A model generated the notes under the pieces. It searched no databases, had not been told where the DNA came from, and worked only from the letters and a program-made list of their open reading frames with translations. A stretch of DNA of 63,982 bases, counting the filler, from Octopus bimaculoides (taxonomy: Eukaryota), in the NCBI RefSeq assembly GCF_001194135.2. It is 7 parts of 6 records of this genome, joined end to end, with 100 filler letters (N's around TTAATTAATTAA, not from the genome) between each part and the next. Parts side by side here need not be neighbours in the genome. Positions count along the whole stretch, not along the records: positions 1 to 4,588 come from NC_068986.1; positions 4,689 to 22,517 come from NC_068985.1; 5 more parts are not named here. One strand, written 5' to 3'. Positions 1-13,700 of the stretch are shown here, piece by piece. Position numbers and translations under genes: made by a program. The stretch's first letter is position 1. Every line of letters starts with the position of its first letter.

Positions 1-242
<242 letters not shown>

Positions 243-248
243 TTATAT

Positions 249-646
249 ATCTTTTATCTTTTACTTGTTTCAGACATTAGACTGCGGCCAAGCCGGAGCA
301 CTGCCTTGAATTGTTAGTCGAATGAATCAACTCCAGTACTTATTTGTTTAAGTCTGGTACTTATTCTATCAGTCTCTTTAGAAACACCAAGTTACAGGGA
401 CGTAAACACACCAATACCAGTTGCCAAGCGGTGGTGGTGGCGGGACAAATACAGACACAAAGACGCACGCACACATAAACATATGTACATATATATACAT
501 ATACGACGGGCTTCTTTCAGTTTCCGTCTATCAAACCCACTCACAAGGCTTTGGTCGGCCCGAGGCTATTGAAGAAGACATACGCCCAAGAAGTCACGCG
601 GTAGGACTGAAACCCCGGAACCATGTGGTTGGGAAGCAAGTTTCTT
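249..646 (-). mobile_element. tRNA-derived SINE (family B here), head lost in N gap
   Basis: Same sequence as copies at 2100-2578 and 19474-19845 (cgacgggcttctttcagtttccgtct...cacaaggctttggtcggcccgaggct). Confidence 0.85.
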
Positions 647-1330
647 NNNNNNNNNNNNNNNNNNNNNNNNNNNNNNNNNNNNNNNNNNNNNNNNNNNNNN
701 NNNNNNNNNNNNNNNNNNNNNNNNNNNNNNNNNNNNNNNNNNNNNNNNNNNNNNNNNNNNNNNNNNNNNNNNNNNNNNNNNNNNNNNNNNNNNNNNNNNN
801 NNNNNNNNNNNNNNNNNNNNNNNNNNNNNNNNNNNNNNNNNNNNNNNNNNNNNNNNNNNNNNNNNNNNNNNNNNNNNNNNNNNNNNNNNNNNNNNNNNNN
901 NNNNNNNNNNNNNNNNNNNNNNNNNNNNNNNNNNNNNNNNNNNNNNNNNNNNNNNNNNNNNNNNNNNNNNNNNNNNNNNNNNNNNNNNNNNNNNNNNNNN
1001 NNNNNNNNNNNNNNNNNNNNNNNNNNNNNNNNNNNNNNNNNNNNNNNNNNNNNNNNNNNNNNNNNNNNNNNNNNNNNNNNNNNNNNNNNNNNNNNNNNNN
1101 NNNNNNNNNNNNNNNNNNNNNNNNNNNNNNNNNNNNNNNNNNNNNNNNNNNNNNNNNNNNNNNNNNNNNNNNNNATTCTCACAACATTACTACAGCTACT
1201 GAATTCATCGACCCCAGAGGAGAGAAATACAGCGTCTGTTTTGGTCGGATTTGTCCCAAGAACGTAAAAATATGTATCACTGCTTGGAAATTCAGCAGTG
1301 ATATAAATATTTATTTTATTTATTTATGCG

Positions 1331-1572
1331 CCATTTGTCAACAAGCGAGATATATTCTCCTCTGTGACAAAAGGCAGTGAGTGGCTTGTTCCCCAGTTCG
1401 AACGTGCATTAAGCATATTCGGACTGATACTAACATTGCAATATCACTTATCAATGCTTAGTGCTTCCCGCTCCATAATTAAACCTATTTGTCTACAGCG
1501 AGAAATTTTCTCCATGGCAAAATACATTGAATGGCTTCGAATATGCTTGAAGCATATTTGAACTGTTAACAA
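1331..1572. repeat. Repeat unit A (left arm of long inverted repeat)
   Basis: 1331-1546 is the near reverse complement of 2579-2793, and 1551-1572 of 2078-2099. Direct copies lie at about 2910-3056 and 3190-3270. Confidence 0.9.
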
Positions 1573-1853
1573 GGCTCATGGGCCCGGTTTCCCCGTTTCT
1601 ATGGTGTATGCGTTCCCTCCAGCTGGACGGGACGCCAGTCCATCGCAGCGTTACTCAAGAAACAGGAAGAAAGAGTGAGAGAAAGTTAGGGTGAAATACT
1701 ACAATAGGGGTCAGCGCTACCCCCTGCCTGAGCCTCGCGGAGCTTTAAGTGTTTTCGCTCAATAAACACACACAACACCCGGTCTGGGAATCGAAACCGC
1801 GATCCTCCGACTGCGGTTCCGCTGCCCTAACCACTGGACCATTGCGCCTCCAC
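1566..1853 (-). mobile_element. tRNA-derived SINE (family C here)
   Basis: Minus strand begins gtggaggcgcaatggtccagtggttagggcagcgg...gcggtttcgattcccagaccggg, with A-box and B-box-like motifs. A related copy lies at about 3560-3830. Confidence 0.85.
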
Positions 1854-2099
1854 GATATAAATATTAGTGGCATGTTTAGACAAATGTGATAAAGCTACTT
1901 GAGGAAGATGTAAGCTGAAAGCATCAATCTCTAGAAACGGAAAATTAGAACAAACACACACACATACGCGTATTTAGTACCAGAGGAATCTAGTAAGATA
2001 TAACACTGAGAGTTGTAAGAGGTAATTAATAAAGTACGGGGTGACAGTGTTAAGCAGTGATGTATATAAATACAAACTTGTTAACAGTTCAAATATGCT

Positions 2100-2578
<479 letters not shown>

Positions 2579-2830
2579 GCATATTCGAAGCCATTCAATG
2601 TATTTTGCCATGGAGAAAATTTCTCACTGTAGACAAATAGATTTAATTACGAGTGGGGAACACTAAGCATTGATAAGTGATATTGCAATGTTAGTATCAG
2701 TCCGAATATGCATAATGCACGTTCGAACTGGGGAACAAGCCACTCACTGTCTTTTGTCACGGAGGAGAATATATCTCGCTTGTTGACAAATGGTGTATAT
2801 ACACCTAAATCAGTGCTGTCTGCTTAGTGT

Positions 2831-2878
2831 CTGTGACCGATGAGGAGATAACTACTCCGAAATATTAACATCTCACAG
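2831..2878 (+). ncRNA. Type I hammerhead ribozyme motif (U4C core variant, AUC cleavage triplet)
   Basis: CUGUGA-CCGAUGA-GGAG(auaacua)CUCC-GAA-AU(auuaac)AU-C-UCACAG: 6-bp stem I, 4-bp stem II, 2-bp stem III. Confidence 0.7.
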
Positions 2879-4204
2879 TTTAGGTGTGAGCTGATCTAGG
2901 CGTGTACACACCATTTGTCAGCAAGCGAGATATATTTTCCGTGACAAAACGCAGAGTAGTTTGTTCCCCAGTTCAAACGTGCATCAAGAATATTCGAACT
3001 GATCATAACATTGCAATTTTACTTGTCACTGCTTATCGCTCCCCCTCCGTAATTTACTTACGGTGATCCGCCGCATAGTGCTACCACTCACCGTACAGTG
3101 ACTGGAAAAGCATAAGAGAGGTAATCTCTTCATTCATCTCCCAGTGCCGACTGCTTAGCGTCTGTGACCGACGAGGGGACAACTACACCGTGACAAAACG
3201 CAGTGATCAGCTTGTTCCCTAGTTCGAACATGCATCAAACATATTCGGATAGATTCTAACATTGCAAATAGGTTTAAATATATCGAATCAGGTCACAGTA
3301 CTTTCTAATCAGACTGTGGGATGCATGCAATTCGACGTGGTTGCGAATATTAAAAACAGAACTCAGAGACCTAAATAAGACAATAGGTATAAAGGCCCAA
3401 TCATTCTTGTCATAAACTTAATGTATTTATTGTTTATCGAACATCGAAAATAGAGAAATTAGAAAATAACTCAGTGCATTTCGGACTTCCATCTTAATGC
3501 CGGTTTTGATAGGATGTATCTATTCCACACGAAGAAAATAACAGATTTTGTACACATCATGTTGTTGTTTGTTTCTTCTCGAGCCCGGCCTGGCTCATAA
3601 TGACCGATTTCATTGGCGTATAGGTTCCGCAACTGGATAGGACGCCAGTCCGTCGTAGGTGAGATGCTAGATGCTGGAAGAAAGAGTGAGAGAAAGTTGT
3701 AGTAAAAGACTTAGCCGGAGCCATGTGGAGCTTAGGTGTTTCGCTCATAAACATCACCCGGTCTGAGATTCGAACCCGCGATCCCTCGACCGCGAGCCCG
3801 CTGCTCTAATCTCTAGACCATGTACCTCCATTTGTACACATCATATACATGAATAATTATTTATAGAGTGGGACCAGAAAGATATATTGAAGCAAATAAA
3901 AAACGAATCATATTCTCGTAATATTGAGAATTACGAAAACAAAAACAAACTAGACTAAATAAAAGAAAAATAAAGTATATAACAGTTTAAATATATAAAA
4001 CAACAAAAATGTAAATGAAAAAAATCATAAAATAAAATACTAAATCAAACAAAATGAAGAACACTTCAATAGTGAATAGGCTGCAAAGCCGGACAAAGTG
4101 AGTTAGTATGAGAGTCACAATAATCCAAAGTGTTGAACTAAGACGGAAGCTGAAGATAAGAGTTTAGCCTAAGATTAGTCATCAAAATAGTTATAAATAT
4201 AAAA

Positions 4205-4412
4205 TAATCTTTTTTACTCTAGGTACAAGGCCCAAAATTTTGGTTGATTAGATCGACCCCAGTATGCAATTGGTACTTAATTTATGGCCTTCGATAGTAT
4301 GAAAGGCAAAGTCGACCTCGGCGGAATTTGAATTCAGAACGTAAAGACAGACGAAATACCGCATAGCATTTTGCACGGCGTGCTAACGTTTCGGCCAGCT
4401 CGCCGCCTTACG
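4205..4412 (-). mobile_element. tRNA-derived SINE (family A here)
   Basis: Reverse complement of ggcggcgagctggccgaaacgttagcacg...gttctgaattcaaattccgccgaggtcgactttgcctttc. Confidence 0.85.
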
Positions 4413-4632
4413 AATATAAAATAATGATACAAGAAGCTAAGATGGACTGTAAAATATGCAATCAACACAAACGAAGAACTGATTCTATAATCTCTGGCTA
4501 TCCAGTTTATTCAAAGCATGATAGAACAAACACTGATATTGTCTTAACAAGTGAATGAGATTTATGAGTATCAATATATATATATATANNNNNNNNNNNN
4601 NNNNNNNNNNNNNNNNNNNNNNNNNNNNNNNN

Positions 4633-4644
4633 TTAATTAATTAA
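4633..4644. other. Assembly linker TTAATTAATTAA inside 100-bp N spacer; also at 22562, 28253, 54827, 58763 and 62611
   Basis: An identical 12-mer with stops in all six frames is centred in N runs six times, so it is an artefact and not genomic sequence. Confidence 0.95.
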
Positions 4645-4689
4645 NNNNNNNNNNNNNNNNNNNNNNNNNNNNNNNNNNNNNNNNNNNNT

Positions 4690-5560
4690 TGAGAGATATA
4701 ATCTGTGGTCCATTCTGAGATCTGTGGTTTTCAGTTCTTTGATTATTCTCATTTTCATAGTATCGTAATTATTAGGTTTCCTTTCGTTATTCCCAGGTTT
4801 TAGATTTGTTTCACCTTCCTTTTCATTCATATGTTTGTCTGTGGTGTTCTAGATTGGGGCTTTTTGTACATTATTATACATCTCTACGGTCTGGGTTTGT
4901 TGTTTTTTGTTTACTTCGTTTTTGCCGGAGATGTTACGTTTGTTCTCGTGTTTTACTATCTCAGTGTTTATATTATTATTTGGCATTGTTGTGTGACTAC
5001 TATCTAGATTTTCCTGATGCACTTTTCCTTTCGATTGTTCTATTTCTATTTCTGATATTTTTTTTTTTGCTTTGAGAATGTATCTTCTTATGTTAGCTAG
5101 TTTGTTAGGGTTCATTGTTTTATCGAGGTCTTTATTTAGATTATTTTTTTCCATATTTTATATGTACGTGTTGTTGCGTTTTCGTTTTTGGGGTAGAGCA
5201 CTGCCGTAAAATAGGCGTATAGGATCGAAATGTATTCCTCACGTGTCCATTTATGCCGTTTTGGTTTTGTTTGCGGGACATGAGGAACAACGTCCGGCCC
5301 TTTATTTTGACGGTCGTCGTTTTCGTAGGGTATCGGTCTGTTTATTTCTGTTGTCAGATTGTTTTGCACGTTCAGATCTTCGTACTTTTTGCGTAACAAG
5401 CTTACAGTACGCACTTCTCGGTTGTTATTCTTGGGTGGAATAATACCGGTATTATTTAATCTGTTTGTAATTTTTTTGTACACGGTGTTTGGGTTCGGAG
5501 ATGGTCTGGTGTTGATGTAACACGTGTGTTTACGTTCGCTGTGCGGATCGTGGAGATGAT
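4690..5560 (-). mobile_element. N-terminal fragment of R4/Dong-like non-LTR retrotransposon
   Basis: ORFs 5136-5483 and 4849-5154, joined by a frameshift, carry RHKWTREEY...YFTA...YKIWKK, similar to RRKWIQNDN...CYYTS...MHKIW of the element at 13885-14112. Bounded by gaps. Confidence 0.65.
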
Positions 5561-5871
5561 NNNNNNNNNNNNNNNNNNNNNNNNNNNNNNNNNNNNNNNN
5601 NNNNNNNNNNNNNNNNNNNNNNNNNNNNNNNNNNNNNNNNNNNNNNNNNNNNAGATGATATCTAGTTAAAATACATCATTATATTTGGAAAAATAGAAAT
5701 AAATTTCAATGAGTATTACTTAATCGGATATAGTCCAACCCTTTGTCAGCTATTTTTTGGCTCCATGCGATGTCTTTATTTCCGATGTTTTTGGATAAAT
5801 TTCGGAGCAGTGATTTATCGTTCTCAGATGTTAAACGTCCCCGGTGTAGTCTTTTAAACGTCCCCTGTGTC

Positions 5872-5966
<95 letters not shown>

Positions 5967-5999
5967 GTTATTATTATTATTATTATTATTATTAATACA

Positions 6000-6138
6000 A
6001 GCGGCGGCAAACTGGCAGAATCGTTAGCACGCTTGTCCAAATGTTTAACGGTATTTCGTCCGTCCTTACGTTCTGAGTTCAAATTCCCACAAGGTCGACT
6101 TTGCCTTTCATCCTTTCGTGCTCGATAAATAAGTACCA
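6000..6138 (+). mobile_element. SINE family A, 3'-truncated at the junction with the LINE
   Basis: gcggcggcaaactggcagaatcgttagc...gttcaaattccc...gtcgactttgcctttcatcc...aagtaccag. Confidence 0.85.
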
Positions 6139-9025
6139 GGATAAGGACCCAGAAAGTAAGTTGATCGTCCTGGATGTGAACAGTAGTGACGGGAGCGCTT
6201 TCAAACTAGTTGCTGCTTATGCTCCGAAAGGGGCAGGACAACCGGATTTCTTCATTGTCTATAAGTTTTCCTGAGAACGTCTCGTCCTTTAGTAGTAATG
6301 GATGACTGGAACGCCATCTTGGACGCGCGCATAAATTCCGTGGACCTAGCAATTACAAGAAGCTAGTGTATAAGCCTCGCAAGCCTGCTCAAACCTTTTC
6401 AACTGTCTGATAGGTCCCGACTGGCTTTTCCGAATATGTCGGTATGGACATCGACGAACCGCATCGGGTCATCTAGGTCGTATCTAGAGTGAGTATTCTC
6501 TAGGCCAGTAGATAAGGATAGCAGAAGTTGTCCACTTTTTAAAGTCGTCGGCTACACAGACCACAGATCTGTGATTTGTACGGTCGGCTTTCGTAGGCAG
6601 GGAGCCGGTTACTGAAAGATGAGTACGTCACCCTTGGCGTACCGGGCTTATAGAGACCGAATTAGCGAGTTAGTTAAGTGGACATTGACGAGGTCAGTTG
6701 CCAACAACCAATGGTGGTTTGCCCTGAAAAAGGGAATTAGAGTAGAATAAATTAGGTTTAGTAAGGCACAAAAGATAGAAAGAAATAGAATAGAGGGGAA
6801 CTTAGAATTGGTGCTTAGGAAAAGCATTGCAACAAATGTGCTGGCTACAAGATTGGCCCTGGATCACTTCTTCAACACTAAGCACGAAGAATACATTGTC
6901 AGAGCTAAGAAGCATGCTCTAAGAAACGATGGAATGAAGCCCGCTCGGTGGGCCCAAGTGGAAGAGGCGCAACATGACAAGTCCCTGATTATGACCCTTT
7001 GGTTTTTGTTGGACCAAAATGGACTCATGGCACTCACCCATTGTTTAGGGTGAATCGTAGTCTGGAAAGCGCGGTCATCTTCAGTGCCTACCTCGACATT
7101 ATGCCACGACTCTCAGCAATTGGAGCAGAGCGTTGATAGATGCCGATAACGGTCATGGATATGCAGGATGCGATGATGGGCTGCTCGAGAGAAAAATAAC
7201 CTGGCTTGGATGGTCTGCCTTTTGAGCTTTACTTTAATATACCAGACTTGTTTGGTGACTTCTTGGCAGATATCTACAGCAACTGGCAGCAGAACGGCAG
7301 AATTCCTAGTTCTGTGAGAAGTAATGGACCCGCTGAAAAAGAATCCAAACAAGAGGTTCAAATAGAAACGCAGATTTCAAAATTTTGGCCAAGGTGTTAG
7401 TAAAGAGGTTGGCGCATGTCGTCAAGGAACTGATTGGTGATGCGAAAACATTTGGTATCCCAAGCAAATCTATCAACAACAACCTTCACCTCATGCGATG
7501 CATCATAGGCAGGATGGGTAATGAAGCTGGCATGGGTGGAGCCCTGATCAATTTGGAGTTTCAAGGGAGTTCCAGTCATCGATGAGAGAGAGGGAAAGAC
7601 AGAGGAGTGTCTTGCTACAAAAATGAGAAAGAGTGACAGTTCTTTGTCTGTTGTCGTGACTACTAGACAAGCAAGCAGACAAAACAAGATGACCATCCCA
7701 ATCACAAACAACAACAGCAGCTCCGACACCCCCACCATCAACACCTCTGCCACTACCACTACGAACAACAACAACAACAACAAAAGCAACTGTGGCAGCA
7801 AAAACAGCAACAGCAACAGCAGCAGCAGCAACAGAGCAGCAGCAACAACAACAGTAGAGCTTTGACGGGAGAGACAAGTGTACAGCTATGATATAAATGA
7901 TTTCCCCCGTTAACAAGTAGCTTGGCTACTTCGGTCAACAATATGAACATCACCACAAACCATAGCGTCGCTTTGGCTCCGACTAACACCAACAACGATA
8001 GGAACAACATCAGCAGCAAAAACGATATAAGCAACACCAAGAATAACAGTAACGATAAAAACAACTCCTTTGCAGGAGTAACAAAATTGCAAGAGCAAAA
8101 TCTCACTGGAAGGAAAACATGCGCGCTTGAGTGAAGCAGAAAAACTCTTCAATAGAGGGAATAGGAAAACCAAGCTTGCTATCCCTTCAGATTTGGTGGA
8201 GAAGACGGCCAGAGGGGCCATCGTATACAGATGTGTGAAAAATTTTCAATGCACCACACTTCCGAGTAGAAAAATGCTCGAAGGGCATTTGGACTGATAT
8301 TGATTTCCTCACACGAGGGAGCCAATATGGCTCTGAGGAAGTGAGGTTCCTCACAGAGGCGCTGGCCCAAAGCCACTCAATGGTCCAGTGCAAACACGAG
8401 GACCTTCTTCTCCTTCCCACATACTTTCGACGGTGGGTGGGAAAAGTTAAAATATCAGATATGCCACCAGAATTAGACATTTGGTGGTTAGTTGCGTGCG
8501 CTGGTGGCTGGTGAGGGAGGTTGGTGGACAAGGCTGAAAGGCATAAGGACAGACACAATCCTTTTTGGTAGAGCTCTCATTGACTTTTTCAAGTTTCACT
8601 TGAAAAGGAAATTCAGAGTGGAGGAGGATGTGTAGTCCTCGAGTGAGTCTATCGAAAGGTGGATGAAAGTGGCGAAAATATCATGAGTGGATGGTACCTC
8701 TCTAAGTGTAGATTTGTGAGTCGGAGAGAAGGAATTGGAGAGGGCACTTGCTTCTAGGGTTTCAGGTCAATCTCAGATAGTGGGGTCCTCGATTATCCCT
8801 AGAGGTGTTCCAGTATCAGGAGAGACACATCTCTATCTTCCTCACCCCACTATTTTTTTTTCTTTGTATGCGATGCATATATCCCTTCTTTTCCAGTGTA
8901 TACTGTGTATACTTTATTTTTCTATTTACTTATTTTATTATTTCATTATTATATGTAAACCCCACACTTTATGTTTGTCTCTGCATTGTCCCCCTCATCC
9001 TTCGCCCGAGTGGCAAATAAATTAA
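6139..9025 (+). mobile_element. Degenerate Tx1/L1-like LINE (APE endonuclease, N-terminal RT, C-terminal part, 3' UTR)
   Basis: Motifs AAYAP, DWNAILD, YTDHR, PGLDGLPFELY and KVLVKRL...LI with stops and frameshifts. An Asn/Ser/Thr-rich block interrupts at about 7560-8150. Ends at AATAAA near 9016. Confidence 0.75.
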
Positions 9026-9039
9026 ATCATTATTATTAT

Positions 9040-9970
9040 TACCTCCGCCCTAGCAAAGCGGAGGTATTGTTTTCAATCGTGTTTGTTTGTTTGTTTGTCC
9101 ATGGACAAGATATCTCAAGAACCGCTGGATGGATTCGGGTGAAACTTTAAGGGTTTTGCCTCGTGACTGGCACGAACTGATTAGATTTTGGGATCGATCC
9201 AGTACCGGACAAGGATTCTGGAGTATTTGTTATAGCTACTTTACTTAACATGAAGTATTACGATCTTACGTTCACTTGCAAGTCTTTCTCTGATCATCTC
9301 TCTTGAAAGCACGCTCATGGTTTCTACGTAAGTTTTATTTTCGTTTCTGTATTATTAATTTTACTCGCGTCTTTATCTCAGTAGAAACTAATGGATGAAG
9401 AAATCAAACTACATAAACAAACGGCAGCAAAACCGTTCAGAAAATAAATAACACAAACATATTCAGTAACAATGCTAAATTTAATTTGCTCTCGACAATT
9501 TTGATTAAAAGTTCTTGCCTACTNNNNNNNNNNCATTAACAGCACCGTATGCAAGTACTTTCCGTATTTTTTTTTTTTTTCACGCACGGATAAATTTTTC
9601 ACTATTGACCTTAATGGTCGTAAAGACACTATATCAGTGGATAGACTGATAGACTAAAAAAGGCCTTCATAGAGAAAACTGTTCCTGTTCCCTCTGCAGA
9701 CGACACACACAACATTACAAATACGACCCGCACACCCACATTCCATGACAACCATTGGGATCGATCAGGTACCGGATAAGGATTCTGGTTTATTTTACCG
9801 GTTTTTTACTTAATTTTTGAGATCGATCGGATTCATTTTTAGTATTCTCGTTTGTAAGAACAGTCGAGTTTATTTCAGATATTCTCATTTTAAAAATCAT
9901 CTCAGGCTAATCCTTGAGAGGACGTTCGTGTTGCCTTGCCGGAGGTTTGCGCTCTCTGAGAGCTCTTGTA
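9040..9970 (+). mobile_element. Non-autonomous Helentron/DINE-1-like element
   Basis: 5' hairpin tacctccgc/gcggaggta (9040-9066), a (GTTT)n core, 3' subterminal inverted repeat gccggaggt (9938-9946) and a terminal gctctc-t-gagagc stem. Confidence 0.65.
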
Positions 9971-9998
9971 ATTATTATTATTATTATTATTAATATTA

Positions 9999-10043
<45 letters not shown>

Positions 10044-10189
10044 GTTCAAAATCCGCCGAGGTTGACTTTGCGTTTCATCTCTACGGAGTCGATAAAATAA
10101 GTACCAGTTGAGCACTGGTATCGATGTAACTAATTAGCCCCCTTACTCAAATTTCAGGTCTTGTGCCTATAACAGAAATTATTATTATT

Positions 10190-10730
10190 ATTATTGTTGT
10201 TGTCGATGAACAGCTGCCGCCACGTGTACCTGGATCCGGTGTATCAACTGGGAAAATCGTTCCGCAACCTTCTTTTTACTAAGAAGGTTAGACAATGGTA
10301 TTTGTCTGGTGGTTTGGTGAAAGAGGTTGTGTAGTAGACGAGCGTGAGCAAGATGATGACGGAGCCTTCCTTTTTGGCCAAGCCTTCTTCATCTTCTTTA
10401 ACTGCTTCACGTTTCACTTGAAAAGGAAAGCGACAGTGGAGAGTGAAGTACTGCCTGTCAGTAAATTTGTTGAAAGGTGGAGGAGAATGGCAAGCATGGT
10501 CTGATGAACGGGTTTCCTTTGAATATGCCTCTGTAGATAAAAGGAGGCGAATCGGGGAGCGTGATTTTGTGGTGTTTCCACGAGTAGCACTCCGAGGTCT
10601 ACCTTCTTTCGAGGAATTACTATTTGAATTTTTAGTTGTTTATCTTCTTTACACGCTTGTTTACATCACTCTACACTATATTTTACTGTCTCGATACCAA
10701 TGTTTTTTGTCAACTCGTAGTGAATAATAA
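10190..10730 (+). mobile_element. 3' fragment of the Tx1/L1-like LINE
   Basis: Shares tttcacttgaaaaggaaa...agagtg...cgaaaggtgg with 8590-8680. Ends in AATAA before (GTT)n. Confidence 0.65.
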
Positions 10731-10734
10731 AGAA

Positions 10735-10739
<5 letters not shown>

Positions 10740-10770
<31 letters not shown>

Positions 10771-13700
10771 ATCGTCGTCATCGTCATCATCATCTTCATC
10801 ATGCTAGTGCATGCTAATTTAGTTACCAGGCACTTTATCTTGAAGTTTGGTGACAGTCTCCCCAAATCTCAAGAATTTTCCTTTGAATTCTTGCACAATA
10901 TAGGATAGTCTTTTCCTTTTCTGCTGGTTGGCAGTGAGAATTTCATTTCCAATCTTTTTCAGTCTTTTAGGTGGTAAAATGTTGGATGTTGTGTCAAGTA
11001 CACGAATTACTGCAGGAATAATTGTTGACTTGATCTTCTACAGTCTCTTCAGCTCTCTGGCTAGATCCTGACATTTCTCATTTTTTAAAAATTTCTTTGG
11101 CCTTGACTCTACTATTATAGAGAATTGGAAGATCTATGATCTTACATTATTTGTTCGTTTTGTCCCCCGGTCATCTAGCTTCAACAGTATGGTCAGTCTT
11201 TATGGGGAAATCTCACAAGATCTTGTAATTCTTATTTTCTATCACAGCCTATGGTTCGTTTTCATACCACTTTTCTGTTGTTTTGAAGCCACACACTTGG
11301 CTAACATCCTAATGCATTCTTTTGCCTACTCAGTCATGTCTGCGTTTATATTCCTTCTATGCTAGTATACGGCGTTCACTCAAAAAAAGTGATTGATACT
11401 TTCATCTCCTTTCCTGCAGATTTTACATTTGCTATCTGAGATTTGTCGATCTTTACCTTTACAAATTTGTTCTAAGGACTTGTTCCTGAGCGGCTATAAT
11501 TAGTGCTTCTGTCTCTTGTTTCAAGTTTCCGTCCATCAACCAGAGCCAGGGATCTTTACTTCCGACATTCTAGATTTGCTATATGAATTGGCCATGTAGT
11601 TCTATTTCTTTCCATCTGTTTGTCCTGTTGTTCTCCCTTTTCTCTTTCAATTCCCATACTGTTTCGATCACTTTGGGGGCAATTCTGATTACTGATAGTA
11701 TTCTTTCTTTACTCGGCACAATATAATTTTTCAGACACAGTATCAGTATTAACAGTGTCTTCTGCGTTTAGTAATTCTCTGGCACCTTCCTTTCTTGGTC
11801 GGTCAATACTGCTTTTAGAGTGGAGTGCTTTGTGCATTGTGAGTAGCTTTCTCGTTCTCCTACCATATTCTGTTGCTCGACTTTCGTCCATTTCAGAAAG
11901 GGAGCAGAGTATCTCAATACGGGCATAGCCCATGTATTTATGACTTTAATGATGTTCCCACCATCTAATCTTGTTTCAAGCACCTTCCTTATGCTCCTCT
12001 ACGCTTTAGCGACTTTCACTTATATTTCTCTTTCCATTATATTTCTCTTTCCATTATTCTATCGTCTCGCAGTACTCCTAGATATTTGTACCCTTTATTA
12101 TTACCCAGAGATCTAATGGTGTTGTCTTGTGGTAATTTTATACCATCAGAGTTTACCTTCTGGCGTCTCTTCATAATTAGTACTGCGTATTTATTTGCTC
12201 CAAACTCGATTCCAATATCTTTACTGAATACTATCTCTGTTTAAATCAAAATGTCTTGGTCACTCTCATTTTTTGTATACAGCTTGTGGCCATCTGTATA
12301 AAGTAAGTGATTTATCCTCATCTTGGATTTGGTAAACTCATAGTAGGCTTGGATTTTCTCAGTACAATTGTCAGAGGTAGTAGTGCTATGACGAAATATA
12401 ATGGAGAGTGCAAATCTCCCTGGAAAATGCCTCGGCGTATTTTCATGTTGTCCGGCGATTCATTTGCACATGTTAATCCTACTTCCTACACTTTCATTGC
12501 TTTCTCCAGAAAGTTGTTTATCTTCTCGTTGACTCCGAGCGTCAAAGACACTCCAAGAGCCAGCCGTGTGAGACATTATCGTAAGCCTTCCTGTAATCTA
12601 TCCATTCAACAGCTAAATTTTTTCTTCCTTGCTCGTACCTCATTTAATACTCTATCTATACACTTCCTCTTCCTTTATTCCTATATCTTTTTTGTTCCCC
12701 TGGCAATAAACTCTCCTTTTCCAGAAAATTATGTACTTCATCTACTATGAGATCAGTTAATATTTTCCGGAGTAATGGTAATCAAGTAATATGTCTGTAA
12801 TTACTGATTTCCCTTCTCTTTTCTTTGTCCTTCTGTATCATCACTGTCCTTCCTGTTGTCATCAATGTTAGTTCCATTTTCTTTGTAGCCAGAAAAAAAG
12901 GTCGTATAAAAATGTATATACTTGGAGAGATTCTTGAGCTAGAAACCCTAGACATCGTCTGGTCCGGGTCTTTCTGGTTTGGTATTTTCTTAAACATCTC
13001 TTACTTTCTTAAGCGTGATTATTATATTTTCTTGTGTAACTCCGGTTTTTATTTCTCTTTTAAGTTCCCGTTACCAGTCTGCTTTTATATTATGTCGGAC
13101 TTCTGTCCAGGATTTCCTTGCTGATTCATCATCTGGCATATCATTTCCCTGGTGCTCCTCTTCATTGTCCGGTTGTTTATAGAATTTTCTTTCATTGTTT
13201 TTGATGAGTCTATTCTGCTGGTATTGATTTACTCCCTGATGGTACATTCTTTTTTTCTTTTTTTTTCGCCCGACACTGCTTTGATTCTTTGTCTTAGTTC
13301 CTCTTTAACTACTTGCAGTCCTTTGTGTCTTATGTTATTCTTCCTTCGCAGTTCGTTTCTATGTCTTTCTCTCGTCCTCTTCTTTTCTATATAACCGTCC
13401 AAGGTCTCTCTTGAACTATTCAATTTGGGTCTCAAGCCTTCGTTCCCACCATGTGGCTTTGTCCTTTGTTTTTCTTTCAATTTTAACCCCAAGAGTTTGA
13501 ACTGCGATAGAAGTTATCCATTATATAAGGGTGGGGCTAGATCTGTTGTTTCTGGTGTAAATTTTCGTTGACAGTTCGTCCATCTTTTTCACTATTTTAT
13601 AAAGTCTTCATGTTTTGATTCTTTTCAGAACTGGTAACCTCTTTCTTTCGCTATTTCGTACCCCATTCAGGCGTAGTAATAAGTCTCTATCTTCCTCTGT

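Noticed and set aside
421-1380. Long ORFs in the ORF track (also 18731-19531, 23678-24807, 25131-26090, 59887-61038)
   Set aside because: Produced by N runs and microsatellites (poly-X, TH, IY, poly-T/V), not coding.
1780-1853. tRNA-like cloverleaf heads (many copies)
   Set aside because: They continue into SINE bodies and are degenerate, so no true tRNA gene is supported.
4589-4688. TTAATTAATTAA palindromes recurring six times
   Set aside because: Always centred in 100-bp N spacers, so they are scaffolding linkers.
10501-10530. CTGATGA in LINE 3' fragment; also the minus-strand match near 23627
   Set aside because: No valid stem II/GAAA/stem III arrangement.
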